A DNA stretch of 64,000 bases, from NCBI GenBank assembly GCA_020847715.1, contig JADLBM010000007.1:8624-72623 (forward strand), written 5' to 3'. Each line of letters starts with the position of its first letter. The stretch's first letter is position 1. Shown in pieces: positions 18,701 to 26,969 of the stretch. Below the pieces are notes generated by a model that ran no database searches, was not told where the DNA came from, and saw only the letters and a list, made by a program, of their open reading frames with translations. Source of the DNA: Candidatus Yanofskybacteria bacterium. Lineage in GTDB: Bacteria; Patescibacteriota; Minisyncoccia; 2-02-FULL-40-12; GWA2-44-9. Made by a program: the position numbers and the translations under genes.

Positions 18701-20631
18701 ACATGAACTGCACCATCGGCAGGCACGGTCACCGAGCCAACATGATTCCCCAACAGCATCACCTGCCAACCGGACTGCGGCTGCTGATGTTCGTTCAACT
18801 TACACACACTCACCGTCGAAGGCGGCGTCGGCTCGAAGTCGAACGTCGTGGTGTGCGTATTCAAGCCCGTCTTAATACCGACGACTACCTTGTCGAGGTT
18901 CTCAGTGTATCCGTCCGGATACGGCTCACCAACACGAATGCCAAGAAATGCTCCGGTCCCAAGAGTACGCACTGAGGGATAATCAGAGAGAATCTGACTC
19001 CACGTCTTTGGCGTTGAACCCGGCTGACCGGTTACTGGCCACGTCGGACCGGAATACCGCCAGAGAGCAGTTCCACCGTTGATGGCATCCCACTCCTGCC
19101 AGGTGTCTTGGGCGATAGCGCCATTGTCCGCAGGGAGGAATGTGAGGCGCCGCTGCCATGTATTCGCTCCCGTGAAATCTACATTGAATTGCAGGTAGCC
19201 GGAGCGGTTCGCGCTGCCGCCGTTGCCCGCGGAGGGGTTGTAGGTGCTGTATTTCAGCGACGTGATATCCGCGAGCATAACTCCGCCATACCTCGAAGTC
19301 GCCAGATTGCGGCGCTGCGAACTCGACACGCTGATTTGCACGCTCCCGTCGCCCAGCGGCGCGGTAGCGGGGCCGCTCACGAACGAACCCAGCGTATTGT
19401 CGGTAACATCGGTCTCATCGTTGTAGAGATACCACTTCCCTGAGTCCGTATAGGCGGCCCCCAAGTCTTCGGCACGCACCACGATAGTTTCGGAAGACTG
19501 GGTCGGCTGCGCGCTATACGTGTTCGTGATGATGCAGGTCTTATTATCGCCGACCGCCAACACGACATTCCCATTCTCATCACAGTCATTGGAGAATGTC
19601 GGCGTAAAACCGGCTACCGCATCCTCGCCCACCGTGTACGTTCCCGCGGACAACACAATCGGCGAGTTCTGTGGCACCGGAGATGCTGATGGCGATGCCA
19701 CCGAAGCGAGTGTCAGCTGGAAGTCCGCTGGAACAGCATTAGTTTCTCCCTCAACATGCTTAATAAGTGTGAGCGACGGCGCAAGGTCGTCGTTCGTGAT
19801 GGTGCACTCGTACACCTGGCCGTATTCCGCATCCGTGTTCAGCGAGCATCCCTGGTATTCAGCCCGATAGCCAGGCGTCTCGTCTTCAACGACTGCAAAA
19901 GTCGCAGTGCCGATAGTAAACTCTTGGAACTCTGCGGAGGTCGTCGCATGCACATCGGCCATATCCGGCTGGGAGATGGTAAACCCGAAGTCATCAGCCC
20001 CCTTCGTGCCGCCATTGTCGTTGATAACAACCTTTCGGACCTTCAGCTTCGGACTCGGGCAGTCCTTGTGAAGATCAACTTGCGCAGCATGGATCGTGGT
20101 CCCAGGATTCGGGTCAAAATTACTCAGCGGTCCTGAGCTGTACAGCCAAAAACCCGCGTGATCATCATTCGAGACATCGAGGCGAACTGCAGTAACCGTC
20201 CACCCATTACTTCCGCTCACATCAATCTTCTTGTCATCACTCTTGAAGTTGATGTCCACGATCGCATCAGAAAAATCGGACGCCTTCTCATAGGTCGCAT
20301 CTCCGCATGTCGGTAGCGGAGGAACAACGCAGCCATTGTTGTAGATTCCCTGGCCCTCAGCATCCCAATTACGCCCATTCTGGTCCCATGACCCAGGCGG
20401 AATAATGTCCTTACCACTCGCGTGGTTGTTATTATTGTGTCCTGAGCCAGACTCGACCGAACTCTCACTGACCGTCTGCTGTTGATATGAACCCCCGCCA
20501 GTATAGTGGCAGATCGTCACGGTGCCCACCGTAGTCGCCAACGCCGGCAACGGGACAAATGATGTCGCCACCATCGCGAAGATGGAGAGCGAGGCGACGA
20601 AACGGTTGATACGATGTGCGGTGCTTTTCAT
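15763..20631 (-). CDS. Giant secreted/cell-surface protein (1622 aa): signal peptide, repeated beta-rich modules, Gly/Pro/Thr-rich linker, C-terminal TM anchor
   Basis: Single 4.9-kb ORF; N-terminal signal (FAMVATSFVPLPALATT); modules VCKL(N/D)E..QaGW.VMLLG...LTVDIY.G.LGTTGGENGCA.F..VP.G.YTVDE.QQDGW.N.SGL...ETFTIVNDGPDP repeated; C-terminus FPWWILLLILLAILIWWWFFRR; the antisense ORFs listed inside it are rejected. Confidence 0.8.
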   Translation of the reverse strand: MKSTAHRINRFVASLSIFAMVATSFVPLPALATTVGTVTICHYTGGGSYQQQTVSESSVESGSGHNNNNHASGKDIIPPGSWDQNGRNWDAEGQGIYNNGCVVPPLPTCGDATYEKASDFSDAIVDINFKSDDKKIDVSGSNGWTVTAVRLDVSNDDHAGFWLYSSGPLSNFDPNPGTTIHAAQVDLHKDCPSPKLKVRKVVINDNGGTKGADDFGFTISQPDMADVHATTSAEFQEFTIGTATFAVVEDETPGYRAEYQGCSLNTDAEYGQVYECTITNDDLAPSLTLIKHVEGETNAVPADFQLTLASVASPSASPVPQNSPIVLSAGTYTVGEDAVAGFTPTFSNDCDENGNVVLAVGDNKTCIITNTYSAQPTQSSETIVVRAEDLGAAYTDSGKWYLYNDETDVTDNTLGSFVSGPATAPLGDGSVQISVSSSQRRNLATSRYGGVMLADITSLKYSTYNPSAGNGGSANRSGYLQFNVDFTGANTWQRRLTFLPADNGAIAQDTWQEWDAINGGTALWRYSGPTWPVTGQPGSTPKTWSQILSDYPSVRTLGTGAFLGIRVGEPYPDGYTENLDKVVVGIKTGLNTHTTTFDFEPTPPSTVSVCKLNEHQQPQSGWQVMLLGNHVGSVTVPADGAVHVSDSLASGSYVFIANGTYSYRPSDPNATDADAAFSKRQAGETGYYTGNTLGAYAPWANGNTFAAPWTGYLSLLVGGQTVHNWGDIFNTNHRYAQAYTTAGGPVDFRILDSAYGDNSGMLTVDIYEGHLGTTGGENGCAVFNNVPRGGYTVDEIQQDGWVNVSGLGEATVDDAQETFTIVNDGPDPIAATVNVCKLDEDEVPQAGWRVMLLGKKLETVTVPAYSGSGTPIAVSSSTALTSGESYVLVAHGTYWANDGITADAKYSVRAPNTTWTDLVQNYESYGAELLDLQVNGASPDWGSYFSGHTYAIPFTGTGSAVAFTLNDVYPQNNEGSLTVDIYPGYLGTTGGENGCATFEGVPLGNYTVDEVQQDGWTNMSGLTSVAVESSQETFTIVNDGPDPVPTPSPTVSGQKFSDHNGDGQKGEEDAGLADWTINAYEYVETLTVPSSDPAGINSSELPAGEYLAVATGTWENRRSPLNLVDTEYSTEDTWASHMDGFTGYGDGILELQIAQQFGDWGAYTDSHAYARTFTSSGGTVNFRIFDGDAASNTVNPSWYGDNYGSLTVKLYRFIGTDTTDGYGNYSIDISSATQEVLVCEAQQEGWVQTYPAAPGCHSVVPEGQPVSGLDFGNHSTEVIPTQYLEVSSVCSNDVEGTWRWRIYNPNDFPLAFDWTISSGPGESGYGIVPAGESVYIETGEHPGEQLMVQATVPSGDEYGSTIPFQTSASHDESAGWCDGEGEVSPLLRVRKVVVNGAFGELASSDFSLYVDSMLVTHNQWYTIAAGDHDITESPNLASYVASYDEACWQGGVSLSSGDEATCTITNTYHSDDGDIEGSPSPSPTPTNTSLGSDNGGGGGGGGIIYSPTPTPTTTPPPSGGQSGSTGGGSTPTPVPPTGGGRGGQGGGVNDATLGGLAGDELGGTSSASATPTPSAVDDGSGNNQVAAIGQLFGVSFPWWILLLILLAILIWWWFFRRSQDER

Positions 20632-20807
20632 GAAATGAAAAAGTTAATACAAAAAAGCCGTTGACTGTTTTTCCGCTCGCGCCGAGAGCGCAGGAAAACA
20701 GGCAACGACTTTCTTGGTTAGTACGAGACTACCAGTGAACACGGAAAACACGTCAGCGCGATTAGCTGACCCATGCTAGCACCACACGGGTGCGCGTCAA
20801 GTTTTCG

Positions 20808-21185
20808 CTATCCGAGGAGCAGTGCAACGAGCCCGCCGAAGATGACCGCGTCGAACTCCCACCCCATCTTCCCTCCATTGGAAAACCCAATCTTCCACTT
20901 CACTGCCTTGAAATACATCGCGCCGAGCATGATGACCGCAAGAAGGATGGCCGCCCAGTCGAAAAGCTGTCCGAGATAGACAAACGGACTCAGAATGAGC
21001 ACGAGACCACCGACAGTCTCGACGAATCCGTGTAGGAATCCGGCAAACTTGGGCCATCCGAGTGCGCCGGCGATACCTGAGGGATTCCGAAACTTCGGCC
21101 ACCCATGGACAACAAACACCACACCGAGCACGACACTGAGAATAACAGAGCCCCATCCGTTGTACGCCGAAAGAAAGTCGAACAT
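20808..21185 (-). CDS. DoxX family membrane protein
   Basis: Four-TM 125-aa protein with the DoxX pattern (VVFVVHGWPKF...LHGFVETVGGLVLIL). Confidence 0.75.
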   Translation of the reverse strand: MFDFLSAYNGWGSVILSVVLGVVFVVHGWPKFRNPSGIAGALGWPKFAGFLHGFVETVGGLVLILSPFVYLGQLFDWAAILLAVIMLGAMYFKAVKWKIGFSNGGKMGWEFDAVIFGGLVALLLG

Positions 21186-21194
21186 AGCGATTGG

Positions 21195-22061
21195 TTATGG
21201 ATGAATACGGTCCGCCATGAAGAGGCGGCATTTTGCCTCGACCACATCCCGCACGGCGTCGGCCGCCGGCCCAAGGTATTGATACGGGGTCGTCTGGTCG
21301 GGATGCTCGACCAGCTCCTTTTTGAGCTCGCGCTGGTATGCAACGCGAAGCTCGGTGTTGAAGTGCACATTCGTGATACCCGCACGGATAGCGTCAGCAA
21401 TAGGCGCGTCCGGAAGACCTGATGCACCGTGCAAGACGAGATAGGTATCGGGAACGGCCGCGGCGATAGCGGCGAGATGGTCGATATCGAGCTCTTCCTT
21501 TTGCTCGGTCACAATGCCGTGAATGTTCCCGAATACCGGTGCAAGCCGCTCAACACCGGTGCGGCGTACGAAATCGGCCGCCTGTTCCGGCTTTGTGTAG
21601 TCCTCGCGGCTCACCGCTACGCGCGTCTGGACTTCCGAACTCCCACGAAGATGCCCTAGCTCCGCCTCTATCATGTAGGAGCCGCGTTTCGTCTGGGCGT
21701 ACTGCCACACACGCTGAGTCTCGATGACATTCACCTCATAGGCAAGTCGCGAGCCATCGAACAGCACGGAATCGTATCCGGCGTCGATAGCCTCTTTGCA
21801 TGCCACGAAGGATTTGAAGTGGTCGGCGTTCAGGAACACGGGAAATCCGGAAGCTGCCCGTACCGCATGCACGAGCGCCACCGCCTCTCGCATACCCAGA
21901 AACCCCGCCTCCCCTTCGCTTGTGCCGACAATGACGCACGGAGCACCGGCATGCGTCGCGCCCTCAACAATGGCGCGGAGAACATCGGGCGTGGCGAAAT
22001 TGAAATGGCCAATGGCCCATCGCTCCGCCTTCGCCTGTGCGAAATAGTCTCGCAACATCAT
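21195..22061 (-). CDS. fba: Class II fructose-bisphosphate aldolase family protein
   Basis: WAIGHFNF...LNADH...VLHGASG...NVHFNTE, typical of class II FBA/tagatose-bisphosphate aldolase. Confidence 0.85.
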   Translation of the reverse strand: MMLRDYFAQAKAERWAIGHFNFATPDVLRAIVEGATHAGAPCVIVGTSEGEAGFLGMREAVALVHAVRAASGFPVFLNADHFKSFVACKEAIDAGYDSVLFDGSRLAYEVNVIETQRVWQYAQTKRGSYMIEAELGHLRGSSEVQTRVAVSREDYTKPEQAADFVRRTGVERLAPVFGNIHGIVTEQKEELDIDHLAAIAAAVPDTYLVLHGASGLPDAPIADAIRAGITNVHFNTELRVAYQRELKKELVEHPDQTTPYQYLGPAADAVRDVVEAKCRLFMADRIHP

Positions 22062-23350
22062 GACGTGTGGTTGTACCCGTTTCCCAAGATGATAAAGCCG
22101 TCCACGATGTGCTCATCGATGAGCTCCTGCATACGCTCCCGTCCCATGTATTCCACGAAAATCTTGTTCCAGAGCGCCTCCTGCTGGTGGTAGAGGTACT
22201 GCGAACGAGCCCCCTCACCGTGCACCAGTGACATCAGGAGGTCGATGAGGTCGAAGCTCACCAATTCCTTCTTGCCGCTGGCCGGATCAACAAACTCCTC
22301 GCCGATGAAATCAAGACCGGTCCACCACCCAAGGTCCAGCCCGCCGTGGTCGCGGCCGAGAATGCGTGACAGGCGACTCAAGTCGTCCTCCGCCCGCCAC
22401 CAGTGGTCGGCCTCGGGATTCACGTGAGGCTCGCTCAGTCGAGCATCTGTCGGGTCCTTCTTTGCCAGATACTGCTGAACGATGCGCCATGTCATCCGGC
22501 CATGGTTCGGCATCGGAGCGCTCGAAACATCTCCACGCAGAAGACTCTTGAAGATGGTCCCGAAGTCAGGATGGCCCATGTGCCGCCGGAACAAACTTGA
22601 GTAGAACGGCACCTCATGCAGGTAGTGCAGCATGAGCGTGAAGAGACGGAGCGTCGCACCCTTCCCTTCGATATCCGCCGGAATAACGAAGATGATGCCG
22701 AGCTCCTTGAGGTGCGAGACATTGTGGTACTTCTTTCGGAGAAACTTCTCGGCGACCTTCAGCCATTTCGTATCGAGCACTAAGTGATCCACTTCGCGCT
22801 CTTCGAAATCGTCCGGCGTCAGGTTACTGTATGCCTCCTCGAAGAACCGATGCATCCACTCGTCGGTCTGGGTGAATCGAAGTGACACCATTACCGACGC
22901 GAACCCTTCTCGGTCGATGAGGTCTTTTACGGTGGCGTAGCCGAAGTGCTCGAGGAGGTTTGTCGGCGGATGTTTCTCGAGGAGCGCGGCCATACGGTCC
23001 CGCTTTAGGAAGAGCCCCGGAGGCGGGACGAACACCTTTGCCACCGTGGCGCACAGCTTCGCGCACGCTTCTTCCGGCTTGGTAAGATCGGGACGGTCCA
23101 GCAACTCATAGAGGTGGCCGTCCAGATGCCCCAATCGCTCGATGAGTGCCGCACGAACCGCCTCGGCGCCATCTCGCCGCGTAACGCCAAGCCCTGCAAG
23201 CGTACGGTCGACGGTTACATCGATTTGCCGCGCGATGTCCTCAAAGACGCCTTCTTGCCCGGTAATCGCGTTCATCTTCTGCTCCACTGCGAGGAGCGTC
23301 TCCGGAGCGGCGCGCATCAATCGCGCAAGCTTATTGAAAGGGTCGCGCAT
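22058..23350 (-). CDS. Hypothetical protein (about 430 aa), unknown function; stop overlaps the fba start
   Basis: Long ORF with normal composition; start placed at MRDPFNKL; no motif recognised. Confidence 0.5.
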   Translation of the reverse strand: MRDPFNKLARLMRAAPETLLAVEQKMNAITGQEGVFEDIARQIDVTVDRTLAGLGVTRRDGAEAVRAALIERLGHLDGHLYELLDRPDLTKPEEACAKLCATVAKVFVPPPGLFLKRDRMAALLEKHPPTNLLEHFGYATVKDLIDREGFASVMVSLRFTQTDEWMHRFFEEAYSNLTPDDFEEREVDHLVLDTKWLKVAEKFLRKKYHNVSHLKELGIIFVIPADIEGKGATLRLFTLMLHYLHEVPFYSSLFRRHMGHPDFGTIFKSLLRGDVSSAPMPNHGRMTWRIVQQYLAKKDPTDARLSEPHVNPEADHWWRAEDDLSRLSRILGRDHGGLDLGWWTGLDFIGEEFVDPASGKKELVSFDLIDLLMSLVHGEGARSQYLYHQQEALWNKIFVEYMGRERMQELIDEHIVDGFIILGNGYNHTS

Positions 23351-23870
23351 AGTCCCCTCTAGTATACCGCTTCTGCGGTTGGGCGGTGTGCACAAAAGGC
23401 CGATTTTCGGGGGACTTGACAATATTATCACAAAATGCTATCCTACTCTTACCACGTTCGGGCCAGACTCTCTGCAAGTCCGTTGGCTAGAAGGCGTGGC
23501 TAAAAGTGTCTCCGCTAAGCAAGCGAGGCCGCAGTGCCTCACAGGAAGCATCTCGTACGAACGCGCGGTGCATTTCGTTAGCACGTGCGCTCGGATTCCC
23601 GAAAAGGGAACCACGCCCGCCATCGATCGTCAGCTGGAGGCCGCCCACAAAGCATTAAGCCCTCCTCGCTGAAACGGAGATGGAGCAACGGGCAAACCCA
23701 TGACTCCTTTCTCAAGGAGTCCGAAAGGGACGAAGACGTCATGCCGGTTCAACCGCAGACGCGTAAGCGGCACCGGAGAACAGCGATCCCGAGTAGATGA
23801 CGCCACAAACGAGGCGGGAATACTATTCCCAAATCATGTGGCGTCTTTCATTTTTGGGCATACCCTGGTA

Positions 23871-23900
23871 CTTGACTTAAAATAGGCATCATGGTATGAT
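23871..23900 (+). promoter_or_regulatory. Strong sigma70-like promoter (TTGACT-18-TATGAT) driving a noncoding transcript
   Basis: TTGACT 23871-23876, TATGAT 23895-23900; nearly identical in -10 context (GGTATG.TATGAT) to the promoter at 25326. Confidence 0.55.
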
Positions 23901-23906
23901 GCTCTC

Positions 23907-24040
23907 GTGGAGGTTCGGACTGGCTGGCGCCAGACCTGGCCCGTCCTGTCGAGGGATGTCTTAGCCCATCCTACCGACCAAAGGACTGCGTTCTGCGGGT
24001 CGGCAGCCCCAGGCCCGGACCTCCACACCCGCTCTTTTTT
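23907..24040 (+). ncRNA. Candidate structured small RNA (about 135 nt; identity unresolved)
   Basis: Predicted TSS opens with GUGGAGGUUCGG, which pairs with CCGGACCUCCAC at 24015-24026 closing a roughly 110-nt domain with internal hairpins; T6 tract at 24035-24040; no credible ORF across 23351-24278. Confidence 0.3.
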
Positions 24041-24232
24041 CATCATCTTCCCATCGTCCCCGGAGAGCGCCTCCGCGGACCCCCCGGCGTAGAGGAGTAC
24101 AACACCTCTACACTCCTCTGAGGACTGGAGCCGCGGCTGCCGACCGCGATTACGGAAGCGTTCCTCAGAGGACCTGTCCACACGGAGACCCGCGTGGAGC
24201 ATGTTCACCTCCTTCTACGGACGGTGCAGTAC

Positions 24233-24275
24233 GGACTGTTGCGAAAAGCCAGGATATCGCAACAGTCCTTTTTTA
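24233..24275 (+). terminator. Strong + strand intrinsic terminator
   Basis: 12-bp perfect stem GGACTGTTGCGA...TCGCAACAGTCC followed by TTTTTT; on the minus strand the hairpin is preceded, not followed, by the A/T run. Confidence 0.65.
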
Positions 24276-24278
24276 TAT

Positions 24279-25262
24279 TCAGAGTTGCGTACGCGTGACG
24301 GTGACCGGCGGCCACGGACCAATATCCCCCGCTTTCAGGATACCCGCCTTCGCGCCGTACTGCATGACAACCGCAGTCGCGTTCGCTGTACCGAACTGAA
24401 TTGCTTTTTCGATAGCACCGGAACGGATGAACTCCGCCAGAAATCCCGCATGGAAAGCGTCCCCCGCCCCTGTGCGCTCAACAACGGCACCCTCGGGGGT
24501 GCTTGCGGTATACCGAGCCGCTCCATCGGACACGGCGACCCCCTGTGCGCCTCGCGTCATGACGCAGATACCTCCGATGGTTGCGTCCAGCTTTGCGAAC
24601 AGATCGTCGGGCTTTTCATAGCTAATACCCGTGAGCTGGGCGGCCTCCTCCTGATTCATGCCGACAATATCAAACGACTTCCAAAGCGGCGCAAGCTTCT
24701 CGAGTCCCAGCGCAAGCTCCCCCGGCCCCGGATTGGTAGCGAGGTGGGCACCCGTGCGCTGGGCGAATGCAACGATACGCTCAAGCATATCAATGCTCCC
24801 CCCGAGAGAGTTCACATACAGCCATTTCGCAGAAAAACCATTCCACGGGATGCGGTCGGCATCCCAGTGCGCGCCTTCGCCGGTGTAGGAGAGGATGGTG
24901 CGCTCCCCACCATCTCCAACGAGAATGGCGGAGTAGGCGGTGATGTCATCGTTCCGAACCTGCATGTACTTCCCGTCCACGCCCTCGCGACGGAGCTCGT
25001 CGAGAATAGCGGAACCGTTCGCATCGCTCCCGATAACACCGATGCAGGCGGTGCGATACCCTTGCCGTGCAAACGTGACGGCCGCATTTGTGCCGCCGCC
25101 TCCCGATGCGAACACGATCTTCCGCACTTTCACTTTAGAACCGAAGGGAAGGCAGATGCCCTTCCCCGTCGGGAACTGCTCACCCCCAACAACGCGGAAC
25201 GCATCCGCGCTGAAGAGTACATCTTGGGTCGCCGACCCGATTGCAACGATATCGTAGTTCAT
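24279..25262 (-). CDS. pfkB-family carbohydrate kinase (ribokinase-like)
   Basis: AIGSATQD...SGGGGTNAAV...; C-terminal TGAGDAF anion-hole motif of pfkB kinases. Confidence 0.85.
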   Translation of the reverse strand: MNYDIVAIGSATQDVLFSADAFRVVGGEQFPTGKGICLPFGSKVKVRKIVFASGGGGTNAAVTFARQGYRTACIGVIGSDANGSAILDELRREGVDGKYMQVRNDDITAYSAILVGDGGERTILSYTGEGAHWDADRIPWNGFSAKWLYVNSLGGSIDMLERIVAFAQRTGAHLATNPGPGELALGLEKLAPLWKSFDIVGMNQEEAAQLTGISYEKPDDLFAKLDATIGGICVMTRGAQGVAVSDGAARYTASTPEGAVVERTGAGDAFHAGFLAEFIRSGAIEKAIQFGTANATAVVMQYGAKAGILKAGDIGPWPPVTVTRTQL

Positions 25263-25325
25263 TCCCTCCGCGTGTACCCGCAGTATACCACGACTCCCCT
25301 CCTCCGGAGACCTCCCCGAGGGCTA

Positions 25326-25354
25326 TTGACAGTATATTATTGGTATGCTATGAT
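25326..25354 (+). promoter_or_regulatory. Near-consensus sigma70 promoter TTGACA-17-TATGAT
   Basis: TTGACA 25326-25331, 17-nt spacer, TATGAT 25349-25354. Confidence 0.6.
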
Positions 25355-25360
25355 GTCTGT

Positions 25361-25829
25361 GCGTCGCTGGAGCTGAGTCTCCCGTCACGCGCGGCTCTTC
25401 GGGGCCACACAGGAAACGACCAGTGTTCGACCGGCAGTAGAAGCGCGCTAAGGAGGCGCAACGCCCTTGCACGAAACGAGGGACCCGGCGACCTGTCCGG
25501 TGTGCCACAGGGAACCCACGGTATCCTAGCAAAGTCGGCGATGACCCCACGCGTCGGCGTCGGGCGAGCCACTCGAAGGATGAAACGTGGAGGGTGGGAC
25601 CTTGAAAACCCAACGAATCATGTCACCACTCCTGTGGTGACGAGTTGCCTAACGGTAAGCTAGTAGGAGCCTCACTCCCAATGGAGTGTATTAAGATAAG
25701 GCTTGCGAACGCGCGTACCCAGAGGCAACCACGCCCCTCGAGCCCAACATCGACCGAAGGCTAGCGAGCTCCTTGAGAGCTGCGCCGCCGAACCGGAATC
25801 CCTTGGCCCACTCGAGGGGCCTTTTATTT
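25361..25829 (+). ncRNA. Candidate stable noncoding RNA, about 470 nt, possibly RNase P RNA (tentative)
   Basis: No credible ORF in a roughly 600-bp gap between convergent-orientation genes; strong promoter upstream and hairpin GGCCCACTCGAGGGGCC + TTTTATTTT at 25804-25829; many local hairpins (UUCG-capped GGCUCUUCGGGGCC, GUCACCAC-UCCU-GUGGUGAC). Loose resemblance to type-A RNase P elements: hairpin then AGGAAACGACC (cf AGGAAAGUCC); GGAUGAAACGUGGAGGGUG (cf GGGUGAAANGGUGCGG); CCUUGAG...GCCGAACCGGAAUC (cf CUUGAG...ACAGAACCCGGCUUAUC). Confidence 0.35.
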
Positions 25830-25871
25830 TCGGTATCCGTCCGAAAATATCCTGAGCCAGTAGGCGAAGGA

Positions 25872-26510
25872 TTACACCGCTGAAGCAAGCTCGGAGAGCG
25901 CCCGCGCAGGATCGGCCGCACGCACAACATAGCTCCCGCTCACGAGAATGGATGCGCCAGCCATCGCGCATGACGATGCGGTCTGCGGCGTGACGCCACC
26001 GTCGGCAATGATGGTGATATCGGGATGCGCCGCTTGAAACTGCCGCATGCGCTCAAGCGCCTCCGGCACGAACGCCCGCCCCTGCTGGCCGGGGTGTACC
26101 GTCATGAACTGCACAAGGTCCGCGCTCGCCGCAACGGCCTCGAGCCGCTCGAGTGGGGTTTCCGGATTTATAGATACTCCGAGCTTCTTTCCACACTCAT
26201 GTGCGTGCCCTGCAAGCTCTGGGAAGCTTTTTGTCGCTTCGATATGTACAAGGAATCGGTCTGCACGCGTCGAAGTGCACCAGTGTGCGCACGCGAGCTC
26301 TGGCCGGGACACCATAAGGTGCACATCAAACAGGATAGGCGTCTCCAGTCGCGCCAGCTCCTCGTATCCTTTGATGGTGCGGGTCGGCACGAAGATGCCG
26401 TCGCAGACATCGAGATGCGCGCGCGTCACCCCTGCCTGCTCGAAGATGCGCACCAGCCGAACGAGCTCGGCTTCGCTCTCAGTGAGAATGGCGGGGATGA
26501 TGTCGACCAC
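25872..26510 (-). CDS. rpe: Ribulose-phosphate 3-epimerase
   Basis: AHLDVCDGIFVPTRTIK...FDVHLMV...VHPGQQGRAFVPEAL...IADGGV. Confidence 0.85.
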   Translation of the reverse strand: MVDIIPAILTESEAELVRLVRIFEQAGVTRAHLDVCDGIFVPTRTIKGYEELARLETPILFDVHLMVSRPELACAHWCTSTRADRFLVHIEATKSFPELAGHAHECGKKLGVSINPETPLERLEAVAASADLVQFMTVHPGQQGRAFVPEALERMRQFQAAHPDITIIADGGVTPQTASSCAMAGASILVSGSYVVRAADPARALSELASAV

Positions 26511-26514
26511 AGAA

Positions 26515-26955
26515 TTATTGGCTATCGATTTTTCCGATGCGCCGAATGTGGCGTTCCTCGTTCGAGAAATCAGTGTCGAGCCAGAGCTTGAGCATTTCCT
26601 TGAACTCGTCGCCCACGAATGCTGCCCCGACGCTCAAGATGTTCGCGGCATTGTGTTCCCGCGACATCATGATGATATCCTTCGGCCCGCCGTAGTAGAC
26701 TGCGGCACGCACACCGCGTCGGCGATTGGCGACCATCGCCTCCCCCTGCCCCGTCGCCCCCAGCACAATGCCGCGGTTGTTCACGGGGTCCTGCGCGACC
26801 TTCTCGGCCGCAACTGCAACAAAATCGGTGTAGTCGTCGTTCGAATCAAGCACGGCATTCCCACAATCAACGAACTCGAGATGCCACTGGGTGAGCCACT
26901 CCTTGATGCGCTCTTTCAGCGCGTATCCCCGATGGTCGGTAGCGAGGTAAATCAT
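26515..26955 (-). CDS. rpiB: Ribose-5-phosphate isomerase B (RpiB/LacA/LacB family)
   Basis: MIYLATDHRGYALKE...VDCG...GIVLGATGQGEAMVANR... Confidence 0.85.
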   Translation of the reverse strand: MIYLATDHRGYALKERIKEWLTQWHLEFVDCGNAVLDSNDDYTDFVAVAAEKVAQDPVNNRGIVLGATGQGEAMVANRRRGVRAAVYYGGPKDIIMMSREHNAANILSVGAAFVGDEFKEMLKLWLDTDFSNEERHIRRIGKIDSQ

Positions 26956-26969
26956 ACGAATAGAGAGGA

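Noticed and set aside
23907-24040. tmRNA hypothesis for the small structured RNA
   Set aside because: The acceptor-like terminal helix lacks the G3-U70 pair required for alanylation, no T-arm (GGTTCGANTCC) precedes the 3' strand, and no tag-peptide reading frame ending in AA-stop was found.
25361-25829. tmRNA and SRP-RNA hypotheses for the 470-nt noncoding unit
   Set aside because: No tRNA-like 3' end and no tag ORF; the SRP domain-IV GGAAGGAAGCAG motif is absent (only a short UGUGCC.CAGGG resemblance). RNase P is kept as the tentative best guess only.
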